From: an uncultured Anaerolineales bacterium
GTDB taxonomy: Bacteria > Chloroflexota > Anaerolineae > UBA7937
Direction: 5' to 3'
DNA: 64,000 nt
Assembly (NCBI GenBank): GCA_964383935.1
Contig: CAYLIE010000005.1
Location: 24,566-88,565 of the forward strand
Shown here: piece by piece, positions 28,956 through 38,798 of the stretch
Numbering within the stretch: the stretch's first letter is position 1
Layout of the letters: each line of letters begins with the position of its first letter
Notes under the pieces: model-generated
Databases searched by the model: none
Told to the model about the DNA's origin: nothing
What the model saw: only the letters and a program-made list of their open reading frames with translations
Position numbers and translations under genes: made by a program

Positions 28956-30143
28956 CTATTTCTTCCTCAGTTGGGCATAGATCTCTTCGAACCTAGTCAT
29001 TACCCTGCCCCAGTCGTATGAGGTTCGTACCCGGCGCAAGGCCCCTTCCCCCAACCTCCCCCTCAACGATTCATCCTCCATCAACCTCAAAACCCCTCTC
29101 ACGAACTCTTCTCCTAACTCGTCGGTTAGGAAGATCTCCTCCCCAGATACGAAATCTTGCCCTTCAGCCCCCAGCCGTGTGGAAACGATGGCCCTCCCAC
29201 AAGCCGCCGCCTCCAAGATCTTCACTCGGGTGCCAGAGCCCGAATCGAGAGGCACAAGGACCAGATCCGAGGCGGAGAGATAATCGGCTAGGTTGGGGGC
29301 GAACTCCTTCCGGCCATCGACAAAACCGGTAAAAAGAAGATGCTCATCAGCATAGGGGGTAAGATCTTCATAACTCTGCCCGATGATCAGGAAGACCGCC
29401 TCTGGATGGCGGGACAACACCGCAGGACGGACCTCCTCGGCGATGTACCGCACCGCTCGTTCGTTGGGGATATAATCCAACTTGCCCACGAAGGTGAGAA
29501 TGAAGGCCTGTCCCAGGTTTAACTGTTCTCGCACCAGGGCTGCCCCCTCCTGTCGATAAGCGAAGGTCTCAAGATCTATGCAGTGGGGGATAACGGTGAC
29601 CTTCTCTGGCGAGATATCGTATAATTCAGCCATAAACCCCTTATCAACCTTTGAGAGGGCCACGATCTTATCGGCTCCACGACAGCCCCACCTTTCCAAA
29701 TGTCTAATAAGCGAGAGGAAAGGCTCTCCGAGCCCCATCCTTTTGAACTTGAGATATTCTACATTTTCTTGAACCAGGATCACGGGCTTGCCTAACGATC
29801 TCTTCAAATAGTAAGCGGTAGGTGCTGTCCAGAGGAGTTCGGCCTGGATGATATCTGGCCGGAAAGAAGCCGCGATCTGCCTCGCCGCCTTGAGGTAGAA
29901 GGGGTTAATAAGGAGCCCCTTATAGCCCAGCCGATCGAGGAGGCTCTCCCTTGCGTAGTGGATCGAGAGGTGGGGAGGGGTGAGATCTATCGGCCCTCGC
30001 TGCGAATAGAGCCGACAGAGGAGGGCTTCGATGCGGTGGCCCTGGGCCAGGTGCTTGATGGTATAATAGATGGCTGTGCTTGAGCCGTGAACGGGGGGGA
30101 AGATATCGCAAGGTGAGAGCAAAAAGATCTTGTACATCTTCAC
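28956..30143 (-). CDS. Glycosyltransferase family 4
   Basis: FVGKLDYIPN, GSGTRVKILEAAACG..VST..GAEG. Confidence 0.9.
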   Translation of the reverse strand: MKMYKIFLLSPCDIFPPVHGSSTAIYYTIKHLAQGHRIEALLCRLYSQRGPIDLTPPHLSIHYARESLLDRLGYKGLLINPFYLKAARQIAASFRPDIIQAELLWTAPTAYYLKRSLGKPVILVQENVEYLKFKRMGLGEPFLSLIRHLERWGCRGADKIVALSKVDKGFMAELYDISPEKVTVIPHCIDLETFAYRQEGAALVREQLNLGQAFILTFVGKLDYIPNERAVRYIAEEVRPAVLSRHPEAVFLIIGQSYEDLTPYADEHLLFTGFVDGRKEFAPNLADYLSASDLVLVPLDSGSGTRVKILEAAACGRAIVSTRLGAEGQDFVSGEEIFLTDELGEEFVRGVLRLMEDESLRGRLGEGALRRVRTSYDWGRVMTRFEEIYAQLRKK

Positions 30144-31265
30144 CTACACGACTAGGGATTTGGAGGCTAACTCCTCCTCCACCTCCTGGAACCTATCGAT
30201 CGCCTCCTCCTGACTCACCCAAGCGATAAGGTCCGAGATCCCCTCCTCGAACTTCACCTGGGGCTGAAAGCCCAACCTCTTTTGGATCTTGGTGATGTCG
30301 GCATAGCAATGACGAATATCGCCTCGCCGATATCGTCCCACTACTTGAGGCTTTAAGCCCTCTCCCCCCAGTTTCTCGATGAGGATGCGCGCCATCTCCA
30401 GGACGGTTAAAGGCCTCCCCGTTCCCACATTGAAAACCTCGCCATCAGCCTTTTCCATGGCCAAAAGGGTAGCCTCTACGACGTCTTGTACATGGACGAA
30501 ATCTCGACTCTGGAGCCCATCCTCATAGATAACCGGGGGACGACCGTTTAGGATTCGCGCCGAGAAGATGGCCGCCACGCCGGTATAGGGGTTGGAAAGG
30601 GCTTGCCGGGGCCCATAGACGTTGAAGTACCGGAGGGCTACGGTGGGTATCCCGTAAGCCCGACCAAAACAGAGAAACGACTCCTCTTGGCTCCGCTTGG
30701 TGATAGCGTAGATAGAAGAAGAGTAAAGAGGCTTATCTTCATCGGTGGCCTCCGGTTTCGCTTCCCCTCCACAATGGGGGCATCTCATCTCCCATCGCCG
30801 CTCCTTAAGCTGTTCATCGGAGCGCAGTTTAGGGTAGATGATCCCGCAATTAGGACAAAGGTATTTACCCTCCCCATAAATAGACATGGAGGAGGCCACC
30901 ACCAGTCTTTCCACCTTATGCTTCTCGTTGGCTAAGATATCCAGGAGGTTGGCACTCCCCAAAGTGTTGGTCTCTACATATCGCCGGATCTCGTACATAG
31001 ACTGCCCCACACCCACGGCAGCCGCGTGATGAAAGGCAACCTCCACCCCCTTTATAGCCCTGGTCAACGCCTCCCTATCCCGGACATCGCCCCTTATGAA
31101 CTCTGCCTCTCGGTTGAAGTAATCGGGCACCCTCCCTTCAGCGTGAACCTGGGGCTCCAGATTATCGAAGACCCGAACCCGATGCCCCCGCTCTAGAAGG
31201 GCATCCACCAAGTGGGAGCCTATGAACCCCGCTCCCCCCGTGACCAAGACGCTCTTAGCCGGCAT
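30144..31265 (-). CDS. NAD-dependent epimerase/dehydratase (extended SDR) with CxxC...CxxC insertion
   Basis: ORF to 31307; likely ATG at 31265. VTGGAGFIGSH, ASSMSIYG, YAITK, LRYFNVYGP. CPNC...CPHC insert as in WbiB-like 4-epimerases. Confidence 0.9.
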   Translation of the reverse strand: MPAKSVLVTGGAGFIGSHLVDALLERGHRVRVFDNLEPQVHAEGRVPDYFNREAEFIRGDVRDREALTRAIKGVEVAFHHAAAVGVGQSMYEIRRYVETNTLGSANLLDILANEKHKVERLVVASSMSIYGEGKYLCPNCGIIYPKLRSDEQLKERRWEMRCPHCGGEAKPEATDEDKPLYSSSIYAITKRSQEESFLCFGRAYGIPTVALRYFNVYGPRQALSNPYTGVAAIFSARILNGRPPVIYEDGLQSRDFVHVQDVVEATLLAMEKADGEVFNVGTGRPLTVLEMARILIEKLGGEGLKPQVVGRYRRGDIRHCYADITKIQKRLGFQPQVKFEEGISDLIAWVSQEEAIDRFQEVEEELASKSLVV

Positions 31266-31349
31266 CCTCTTCTCTCCCCCTGATAGATAGCGCCGGAATG
31301 GAGCCAAACATCTTCGCTCAGCGAAAGCAAAACTTCCGGCGACTCAAAT

Positions 31350-31378
31350 ATACTATCATATCTCCCCTAGCCTGACAA
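31350..31378 (-). promoter_or_regulatory. Putative internal promoter upstream of the epimerase
   Basis: TTGTCA (31378-31373), 17 nt spacer, TAGTAT (31355-31350) with an extended -10 TG. Confidence 0.55.
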
Positions 31379-32533
31379 CCGACCACCAGCCGACACCTCT
31401 CTATATACCTCTAGGGTTCTTTTGGCGATCTTCTCCCAGGAGAAATCCTGGGCCAGAGCGGCCGCCCCGCATCCTAGACGGCGGCGGAGCCCCTCTGAGG
31501 CGGTTAACTCCTGGATCTTGGCCGCCAGTGCCTCCACATCGTCGGGCGGCACCAGGACGATGTTCTCTCTCTCTATCAGTTCTTTCACCTGGATACTGGG
31601 CCGTGTGCTTATGATGGGCAGGCCATGAGCCAGAGCGGCCATGAGGCTCCCCCGCCGTAAGGAGGCCCCGTCCTTATAGGGGAGCACACATATATCGGAG
31701 GCCAAAAGGTTGGCCGAGACCTCCTCGTCGTCCACATACCCTGTCCAAAGGAGTTGGTCGGCGAGCCCCAACTCTCGCCACAGCGCCTCCATCCGGTGGG
31801 CGTAATCGGTGGTCGTGGGGTCGCTAGCCCCTATTTTACCCCCCACCATGAGAAGTTTGACCCTCTCCCCCCCTTCTAAAAGTCGCGCCAAGGCTCGAAA
31901 GAGGGTTTCTATCCCCTTGCTCTCATGGAGAAGACCGAAGTACGAGAGGAGGGTCTCCTCTTTAACGCCCCATCGGGCCCGCCACTCCTCACGATCGTAT
32001 CCCGGGGGAAGGCGAGGGCTGATATTGCTTCCGATGGGGATAAGATAAGGTTTCAGGCCATAACCTCTGGCCCCCGCCTCATCTCCTACATTGGTGACTA
32101 TGACTCCATCACACCCTCTAGCCAAGGCGGCTATCGCCCCACGGCGAACCGGCCCTGCTTTGGGGAAAAGATAGGGCACCCGGAGATCGTGAAAGGTGAC
32201 CAAGAGAAGAGGGCGATGGCGAACTACACGGAGACGCCAAGGGAGGAGGTTCATCGCTGGGTGCATCCCGTAAGCCGCGGCCTGATATTGAAGATGGAGG
32301 ATCTGGGGCTCTATCTCTTTTAAGAGACTGAGGATATCCTTCCAAGAGGAGAAGTCCCACTTGGAGACCCGGGGATACAAGGCAAAACTCTCACCTTCCT
32401 CCTGGCCCAGAACCGAGGTCAAGACGCTCACTCGGTTGCCAAACTTGGCCAGGGCTTTGGCCAACTCGCTTGCATAACCCCCCATCCCTCCCACCATGGG
32501 GGGGAACTCCCCTGAGATCAAGCAGACTTTCAT
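31367..32533 (-). CDS. Glycosyltransferase family 4
   Basis: EFPPMVGG, FGLLHESKG, RRGSLMAALAHGLP, FSWEKIA. Confidence 0.9.
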   Translation of the reverse strand: MKVCLISGEFPPMVGGMGGYASELAKALAKFGNRVSVLTSVLGQEEGESFALYPRVSKWDFSSWKDILSLLKEIEPQILHLQYQAAAYGMHPAMNLLPWRLRVVRHRPLLLVTFHDLRVPYLFPKAGPVRRGAIAALARGCDGVIVTNVGDEAGARGYGLKPYLIPIGSNISPRLPPGYDREEWRARWGVKEETLLSYFGLLHESKGIETLFRALARLLEGGERVKLLMVGGKIGASDPTTTDYAHRMEALWRELGLADQLLWTGYVDDEEVSANLLASDICVLPYKDGASLRRGSLMAALAHGLPIISTRPSIQVKELIERENIVLVPPDDVEALAAKIQELTASEGLRRRLGCGAAALAQDFSWEKIAKRTLEVYREVSAGGRLSG

Positions 32534-32536
32534 GGC

Positions 32537-33478
32537 CTACTTTAAGCCTGAACGGAGGAGCTGCCAGTAGGCAGCCACCCGCTCTCTCCGGAGGGGCCTC
32601 TTATGCCCCACCAGCCACTTGAGCCCCTCCAAAAGGAAAAGGTACAAGTAGGTGGAAAGGATGAACCAGCGCAAAACCTCCCCTCGCCACCCATAATACC
32701 TCTTGAAGAAAAGAACTTTGCTTCGCTGGAAATGGATATGGCGGGCAGAGAGCACCTGCTCGCTGCTTCTCCCCTCCTGGTGTACCACCTGGGCGGTGGG
32801 GAGATATATCACCTCCCATCCTTGGGCCTTGAGCCTATAGCACCAGTCTAGTTCTTCCGAATACATAAAGAACTCCTCATCCAGGGGCCCCACCTGATGG
32901 AGGGCCTCCCGACGAATGAGGAGAGCAGCCCCCACTACCCAGTCAACAGGTTGGATCTCATCGTCGGGCCTATCTAGAAGGTAATATCTCTCTAGGATCC
33001 TGCTTCCCTGAAACCAGGGTTGTAGCACTGTGCTCTCCAGGAAGGCGGTAGCCATAGTAGGGAAGCGTCGCCGGGAAGATTGGGTGGTTCCATCAGGGTT
33101 CAAAAGTTGAGGGCCCAGAGCCCCTGCCCGAGGATGGGCCTCCATGTAGGCCACCATGGTCCCTAAGGCATCACCCACTACCTCGGTGTCGGGGTTGAGG
33201 AGCAAGATATAACGCCCCTCGCTCTGGCTGATGGCTAGATTGTTCCCCTTAGTGAAGCCAAAATTAACTTCACTCTCCATCAAATGCACCCAGGCAAAAT
33301 CCTCCCGCACCATATCGGCACTGCCATCGGCGGAACCGTTATCGAAGACGATGGTCTCAACCAAGAAGCCTTTCCCCTTCTCCCCTTTTAGGCTCTCCTG
33401 GATGGAATCCAAGCAACATCGCAGAAGTTCTCTCACATTCCAACTGATGATCACTATCGAGAGATCGCAGCGGCTCAT
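32537..33478 (-). CDS. GT2 glycosyltransferase, WbbL-like (possible rhamnosyltransferase)
   Basis: ORF to 33493; likely ATG at 33478. IVIISWN, DNGSADGS, LLNPDTEV, GPLDEEFFMYSEELDWC. Confidence 0.85.
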   Translation of the reverse strand: MSRCDLSIVIISWNVRELLRCCLDSIQESLKGEKGKGFLVETIVFDNGSADGSADMVREDFAWVHLMESEVNFGFTKGNNLAISQSEGRYILLLNPDTEVVGDALGTMVAYMEAHPRAGALGPQLLNPDGTTQSSRRRFPTMATAFLESTVLQPWFQGSRILERYYLLDRPDDEIQPVDWVVGAALLIRREALHQVGPLDEEFFMYSEELDWCYRLKAQGWEVIYLPTAQVVHQEGRSSEQVLSARHIHFQRSKVLFFKRYYGWRGEVLRWFILSTYLYLFLLEGLKWLVGHKRPLRRERVAAYWQLLRSGLK

Positions 33479-33547
33479 ACCTTCCGTCTCCAAAGGCCTT
33501 CAGGGAAAAATATGAAGGAGGGCTTCTGAGGAGAACCGGGCGAGGGG

Positions 33548-34534
33548 TCAGGATCGGCGAATCATGAGGTAGTCAGCCAACTCCAGCATCACCTGCCGGT
33601 ACTCGTTGGCTGGTAGGACCGACAGCGCCTCCTTGGCTTTTTCCGTGAAACCCTGGGCCTCAGCCTGGGAGGATCGAATGGCCCCCGAACCCTTTATTCT
33701 GCTCACCAGAGAGTGGATATGCTCCTCTCTCTCCTCTCCACCTCTCAAGATCCTCTCCACGCTCCCCCAATCAGGGTTCTCTTCCAAGAAGTATAAGACC
33801 GGCAAGGTGATGACCCCTTGACGAAGATCGCTGCCGATGGGCTTGCCCAGTTCCTCCTCGTCGCCGGTGAAATCCAAGACATCGTCCATGATCTGGAAAG
33901 CCATCCCTAAGTTATAGCCATAACTTCTCAGGGCTTGAACTTCTTCCTCCACCGCCTCGCTCAAGAGAGCACCACCCTCTGTAGCAGCAGCGAAAAGGGA
34001 GGCCGTCTTCTTGGAGATGCGCCAGTAGTAATCCTCCCGGTTGGGTTTCGCTATACTCAACGCTTCCCTCAGTTCGCTGGAACAGATGAGCATGAGGGTC
34101 TTAGCGAAAAGGGAGATGATGCGCGGGTTCACCGTCTCCGCAGCTAGCGCCGCCGAGCGAGCAAAGAGGTAATCCCCCACCAAGACAACAACCCCGTCAT
34201 CCCAAGCCGCATTCAGAGTGGGATTGCCCCGCCGCATGAGCGAGTTGTCGATCATATCATCGTGGACCAGCGTAGCGGTATGGAGCATCTCCACCGCCGC
34301 GGCCAGGGCCACTACCTTATTCGCCCTTGACTGCCGAAACTTGGAGGCTAGAATCGTCAGAGCCGGCCGCAACCGCTTTCCTCCGCTAATGAAGAGGCCT
34401 CTCAATATGACGGTCAACGGCTCTTCGTCGGTGATGAGCGCTTCCCCCATCCTCGCCTCCACCTGGCGCAACTCCTCCCGAATAGGGCTGAGAATGGAAG
34501 AAAAAGGCTTAGAAGAGATGGTCTTTTCCCTCAT
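33548..34534 (-). CDS. Long-chain trans-polyprenyl diphosphate synthase (HepT/IspB-like)
   Basis: GGKRLRP, FARM LVHDDMIDNSLMRRG, KTASLF, SARM FQIMDDVLD, GKPIGSDL. Confidence 0.93.
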   Translation of the reverse strand: MREKTISSKPFSSILSPIREELRQVEARMGEALITDEEPLTVILRGLFISGGKRLRPALTILASKFRQSRANKVVALAAAVEMLHTATLVHDDMIDNSLMRRGNPTLNAAWDDGVVVLVGDYLFARSAALAAETVNPRIISLFAKTLMLICSSELREALSIAKPNREDYYWRISKKTASLFAAATEGGALLSEAVEEEVQALRSYGYNLGMAFQIMDDVLDFTGDEEELGKPIGSDLRQGVITLPVLYFLEENPDWGSVERILRGGEEREEHIHSLVSRIKGSGAIRSSQAEAQGFTEKAKEALSVLPANEYRQVMLELADYLMIRRS

Positions 34535-34544
34535 GTTGGCCTTT

Positions 34545-35312
34545 CTACAAGCCGAATAAGAACGCTGCGTTTTCCGTCGTCGTTCGGGCTACCTCTTCCC
34601 AAGAGACCTCTCTCACCTCGGCGATCCTTTGGGCCACGGCCCTCACATTGGCCGGCTCGTTCCTCCCCCCATAGGGGGAAAGGAAGGGGGAATCGGTCTC
34701 CAGAAGCAACCTCTCCAGGGGCAGAGTGCGAGCCAACTCCCGCAACCGATATGCCCCTCTGTATGTCACAGGGCCAGCGATGGAGATGTAAAACCCTATC
34801 TCTAAGCACTCTTCCGCCATCGCTAGGTCACCAGAGAAGCAATGGAAGACCCCCACGAGCCCCTCTCCATGCTCCTCTACCATGGCCAGTAGGTCGTCGT
34901 GGGCCTCTCGGTCGTGGAGAATCACGGGCTTCCTTAACTCCCTAGCCAAGGCTAACTGCTTTTTCAGAGCCTTCTTCTGCTTTTCACGAGGCGAACGGCG
35001 ACGGTAGTAATCCAAGCCCGTCTCTCCTATGGCTACCACACCAGGCTGGGACGCCAAACTCCGTAACTCCGCCCAGCTCTCCTGGGTCACCTTCCCCGCC
35101 TCATGAGGATGTACCCCTACAGCCGCATAGACCTGCGGGTATCTAGTAGCCAGGGCTATGGCCTCCTTATTCGATTCCAGATCGATCCCTACCTCAATGA
35201 TCTTCGTCACCCCACTCGCTTCGGCCCTAGCCATCACCTCTTCCCGGTCAGGGTCGAACTGGCGAAGATGAAGATGGCAGTGGGTGTCAGTCAACAACCT
35301 TCGACCTCTCAA
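34545..35312 (-). CDS. tatD: TatD family hydrolase
   Basis: DTHCHL, GVHPH, AIGETGLDY, LHDREA, HCFSG, LLETDSPFL, NEPANV. Confidence 0.93.
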   Translation of the reverse strand: MRGRRLLTDTHCHLHLRQFDPDREEVMARAEASGVTKIIEVGIDLESNKEAIALATRYPQVYAAVGVHPHEAGKVTQESWAELRSLASQPGVVAIGETGLDYYRRRSPREKQKKALKKQLALARELRKPVILHDREAHDDLLAMVEEHGEGLVGVFHCFSGDLAMAEECLEIGFYISIAGPVTYRGAYRLRELARTLPLERLLLETDSPFLSPYGGRNEPANVRAVAQRIAEVREVSWEEVARTTTENAAFLFGL

Positions 35313-36726
35313 GCCCTGCCAGCCGCATCCCCTCCTCCAGTATCTCCTTTAACCGCTCCTCGTTGGTCGCCTCCCCATAAATCCTGATCTTGGGTTCCGT
35401 GCCCGAGAAGCGGACCAGGAGCCAAGACCCCCCCTCCAGTTCGAATTTGAAGCCATCCATAGTGTTGATGCCAGTAACCTTTAGACCCCCGATCTCCTGG
35501 GGTTGGGCGGCCTCCAACCGTCGTTCCATCGCTTCCCGCTCTTCTGGAAGGATGAGGCTATCGCTCCGGTCATAGTAATGGGGACCCACTCTGGCATAGA
35601 GATAATCGACCAGTTCCGAGGGGCGCATACCCTTTTGGACCAGAAAGTCGAGGATAAAGAGACAGGCCAATATCCCATCCCGTTCCGGGATATGGCCCCT
35701 AAAGGCGAACCCACCACTCTCCTCCCCTCCTATCATCGCTTGAGTCTCCACCATCTTAGGGGCTACATACTTGAAGCCTACCCCGGTCTCATAGACGGGA
35801 ACACCATAGAGTTCTCCCAATCTATAGAGCATGGAGGTAGTGGAGAGGGTTTTGACGATGGGACCTCGCCAGCCACGAAGCTCAAGAAGGTAAAGGGCTA
35901 AAAGGGCGTACACCTGCAACTGGTTGATGAAACGCCCCCTCTCATCCACCAAGCCCAAACGATCGGCATCACCATCGGTGGCCAACCCTACATCTGCCCC
36001 TGAAGCCTCAACCCTCTCTTGGAGGAAACCTATGTTGGGCGGGATGGGCTCCGGACGAAGCATGCCCGGAAAGAGAGGGTGGCGTTTGTTGTGTATCTCC
36101 GTAACCTTGGTCTTACCCCCTTCCAAGATACCGTTCAGCCAACCGGCTCCCGCTCCCCACATGGAGTCCACAACCACCCTAAGCCCCGCCTCCTTGAGGG
36201 GTTCTATATCTATGAGATCTCCCAGATGGGCTAGGTAGGCTAGAGCGGGGTCAAACTCTTCGATGAGGCCCTGCCTCCTCCCCTCATCCAAGGGGATCCG
36301 CTCCACCCCTTTGAGTTTGGCGACCCTCCTCTCGATCTCGGCCAAGGTCTCCGGCCCCGCCGCCCCCCCATATTGGGACCGCACCTTGAGCCCGTTATCC
36401 CAAGGCGGGTTGTGGCTGGCGGTGATGATGATGTTCCCCGCCGTTCTTTTCTCCAAGATAGCATAGGTTACCACTGGGGTGGGCGCAGCCTTGTCGCAGA
36501 GATAAGCCTTTATCCCGTTTCCGGCCAAGACTTCCGCCACAGCAGCCGCGAAATGCTCTGAAGCGAAGCGGGTGTCGTAGCCCACTACCATGCCCTTGCC
36601 GGCCTGCCCCGAATCTATAAGGTACCGGGCCACCCCTTGGGCACAACGACGCACGTTCTGGAAGGTGAAATCCTCGGCGATGACCCCTCGCCAGCCATCG
36701 GTGCCGAATTTGATCTCCGCTGCCAC
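35287..36726 (-). CDS. Phosphoglucomutase/phosphomannomutase
   Basis: FGTDGWRG, TASHNP, DGDADR, GEESGG, RFSGTEP. Confidence 0.95.
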   Translation of the reverse strand: MAAEIKFGTDGWRGVIAEDFTFQNVRRCAQGVARYLIDSGQAGKGMVVGYDTRFASEHFAAAVAEVLAGNGIKAYLCDKAAPTPVVTYAILEKRTAGNIIITASHNPPWDNGLKVRSQYGGAAGPETLAEIERRVAKLKGVERIPLDEGRRQGLIEEFDPALAYLAHLGDLIDIEPLKEAGLRVVVDSMWGAGAGWLNGILEGGKTKVTEIHNKRHPLFPGMLRPEPIPPNIGFLQERVEASGADVGLATDGDADRLGLVDERGRFINQLQVYALLALYLLELRGWRGPIVKTLSTTSMLYRLGELYGVPVYETGVGFKYVAPKMVETQAMIGGEESGGFAFRGHIPERDGILACLFILDFLVQKGMRPSELVDYLYARVGPHYYDRSDSLILPEEREAMERRLEAAQPQEIGGLKVTGINTMDGFKFELEGGSWLLVRFSGTEPKIRIYGEATNEERLKEILEEGMRLAGLERSKVVD

Positions 36727-36727
36727 C

Positions 36728-37705
36728 CTAATCCTCTCCCCCCTCTTCTGAGAGCAGGGCTAAATCGGCATCCACCATCATCCGCACCAGTTCGGGAAAG
36801 GAGACCGTAGACTCCCAACCTAAAACCTCCTGAGCCTTGGTGGCGTCGCCCACCAAGTAGTCCACCTCCGCGGGACGCATAAAACGCTCATCTTGCATCA
36901 CATACTTCTGCCAATCGAGACCGGCGTAGCCGAAGGCCGCCTCGCACATCTCTTGCACCGAATGGGTTTCCCCAGTGGCAATCACGTAGTTGTCGGGCTC
37001 CTTTTGCTGCAACATCATCCACATCGCCTTCACGTAATCGCCAGCAAAGCCCAAGTCACGGCAGGCGTCGAGGTTGCCCAGGCGCAGTTCGTCGGCCAAT
37101 CCCAGTTTGATAAGGGCCACACCGTGGGTGATTTTGCGCAAGACGAACTCCAGCCCCTGGCGCGGGCTGGTGTGGTTGAAGAGAATGCCCGAGGTGGCGT
37201 GCAGCCCGTAGCTCTCCCGGTAGTTGACCGTGATCCAGTGGCCATAAACCTTGGCCACCCCGTAGGGGCTTCGGGGGTAGAAAGGGGTCTTCTCATTCTG
37301 TGGCGATTCCCTCACCTTCCCGAAGCATTCGCTAGAGGAAGCCTGATAGAACCGGATCGTCGGATCCACCAGCCGGATAGCATCCAGTATCCGGGTTACC
37401 CCTAAAGCGGTCACCTCGCCGGTGAAAACCGGTTGATTCCAAGAGGTAGGAACGAACGATTGAGCGGCTAAGTTGTACACCTCCTGGGGTCGATACTCCC
37501 GCAAGAGTTCGATCAAAGATACCTGGTCCAATAAGTCCCCGGGCACGATGGTAACCTTCTCCTGGATATGCTTGATGCGGTCGAAGTTCACGGTGCTGGT
37601 GCGCCGCACCATCCCTATCACCTCATAACCCTTCCCCAGCAAGAACTCCGCCAAGTATGAGCCATCCTGACCTGTAATCCCGGTGATCAAAGCCCTCTTC
37701 ACCAC
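36728..37705 (-). CDS. gmd: GDP-mannose 4,6-dehydratase, with atypical substitutions
   Basis: [40 protein letters not shown]. Canonical NHESPRRG/FVTRKI/RDWG appear as [18 protein letters not shown]. Confidence 0.9.
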   Translation of the reverse strand: MVKRALITGITGQDGSYLAEFLLGKGYEVIGMVRRTSTVNFDRIKHIQEKVTIVPGDLLDQVSLIELLREYRPQEVYNLAAQSFVPTSWNQPVFTGEVTALGVTRILDAIRLVDPTIRFYQASSSECFGKVRESPQNEKTPFYPRSPYGVAKVYGHWITVNYRESYGLHATSGILFNHTSPRQGLEFVLRKITHGVALIKLGLADELRLGNLDACRDLGFAGDYVKAMWMMLQQKEPDNYVIATGETHSVQEMCEAAFGYAGLDWQKYVMQDERFMRPAEVDYLVGDATKAQEVLGWESTVSFPELVRMMVDADLALLSEEGGED

Positions 37706-38664
37706 TTCTCCTCCTTTTTAACCTTCCCTCGCCAGTAGTCGAGTATGTCGCGTAGGCTCTCCTCTAAAGAGATGCGTGCTTCCCAACCCGTACGCCCCCT
37801 GAACTTCCGAGAGTCGCAGGCTACGACAGGCACCTCAGAGCGCCGAAGACGGGTCGGGTCCTCCTGGACAATCAACTCGATCTTACTCTCCCCCAAGAGG
37901 ATATCCAAGATCTCCCCTATAGACCGAGCGATGCCGGAACCGATATTGTAGACCTCTCCCGGTTCCCCCTTGGAGAGGGCTAGATAGTAGGCGGCCACCA
38001 TATCCCTCACATCGGTGAAGTCCCGCTTGGCTTCCAGATTTCCCACCTTGATTACGGAGGGGGGTCTTCCTGCCTCCGCCTCAGCGATCTGTTTGGCGAA
38101 GGCGGCAGTCACGAAATCCGCCGACTGACGAGGCCCTATGTGGTTGAAGGGACGGACGCGGACTACATGAAGGCTGTGGCTGGCAAAATATTGATAGCCT
38201 AGCATATCCTGGACGACCTTGCTGACGGCGTAGGGGTTATAAGGGCGTAACGGGGTGTCCTCACCGATAGGCAACTCCCCAGGATGTACCATGCCGTACT
38301 CATCCGCAGAGCCCACCACCAAGATGCGGGGTTGTAACCCCAGACGGAGGACCCCCTGAAATAGATTCAGTTGTCCCCGTATATTATTGGCTAAGGTGCC
38401 CCAGGGATCCTCCCAGGATTGGGGAACGAAAGCCTGGGCCGCTAGGTGAAAGAGATATCGGGGATTAGCCTCCTCGAGGCTCGAAAGCACAAAGTCGAGA
38501 TCGCAGAGATCTCCCTGGCAAAGACGGAGTCTATCAGAGCGAGGAGCAGATGCGGGGAACCCCCTCAGATCTATCCCAAAGACCTCCAGTTCCGTGTGAG
38601 CCAAAAGATAATCCGCCAAATGGCTACCGGCGAAACCGGTGATGCCGGTGACCAGTGCTCTCAA
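37699..38664 (-). CDS. rmd: GDP-4-keto-6-deoxy-D-mannose reductase-like SDR (GDP-D-rhamnose synthesis)
   Basis: [47 protein letters not shown]; adjacent to gmd. Confidence 0.75.
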   Translation of the reverse strand: MRALVTGITGFAGSHLADYLLAHTELEVFGIDLRGFPASAPRSDRLRLCQGDLCDLDFVLSSLEEANPRYLFHLAAQAFVPQSWEDPWGTLANNIRGQLNLFQGVLRLGLQPRILVVGSADEYGMVHPGELPIGEDTPLRPYNPYAVSKVVQDMLGYQYFASHSLHVVRVRPFNHIGPRQSADFVTAAFAKQIAEAEAGRPPSVIKVGNLEAKRDFTDVRDMVAAYYLALSKGEPGEVYNIGSGIARSIGEILDILLGESKIELIVQEDPTRLRRSEVPVVACDSRKFRGRTGWEARISLEESLRDILDYWRGKVKKEEKW

Positions 38665-38699
38665 ATCCCCTCCTGGCAGTCCAAATCGATGTGTAGGCG

Positions 38700-38728
38700 A
38701 TTATAACCCACCTTCTTAACAAAGTAAA
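38700..38728 (-). promoter_or_regulatory. Promoter for the rmd-gmd-PMM-tatD-prenyl synthase-GT operon
   Basis: TTTACT (38728-38723), 17 nt spacer, TATAAT (38705-38700). Confidence 0.7.
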
Positions 38729-38734
38729 GCCAGA

Positions 38735-38777
38735 AAATGGGAAAGCGGAGGCACCTAACTACCTACAGTGCCCCCGC
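38735..38777 (-). terminator. Putative terminator ending the SAM-cycle operon
   Basis: Minus strand GCGGGGGCAC-13 nt-GTGCCTCCGC followed by TTTCCCATTTT. Confidence 0.65.
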
Positions 38778-38798
38778 CCAGAGGAGAGCGAGACTAGG

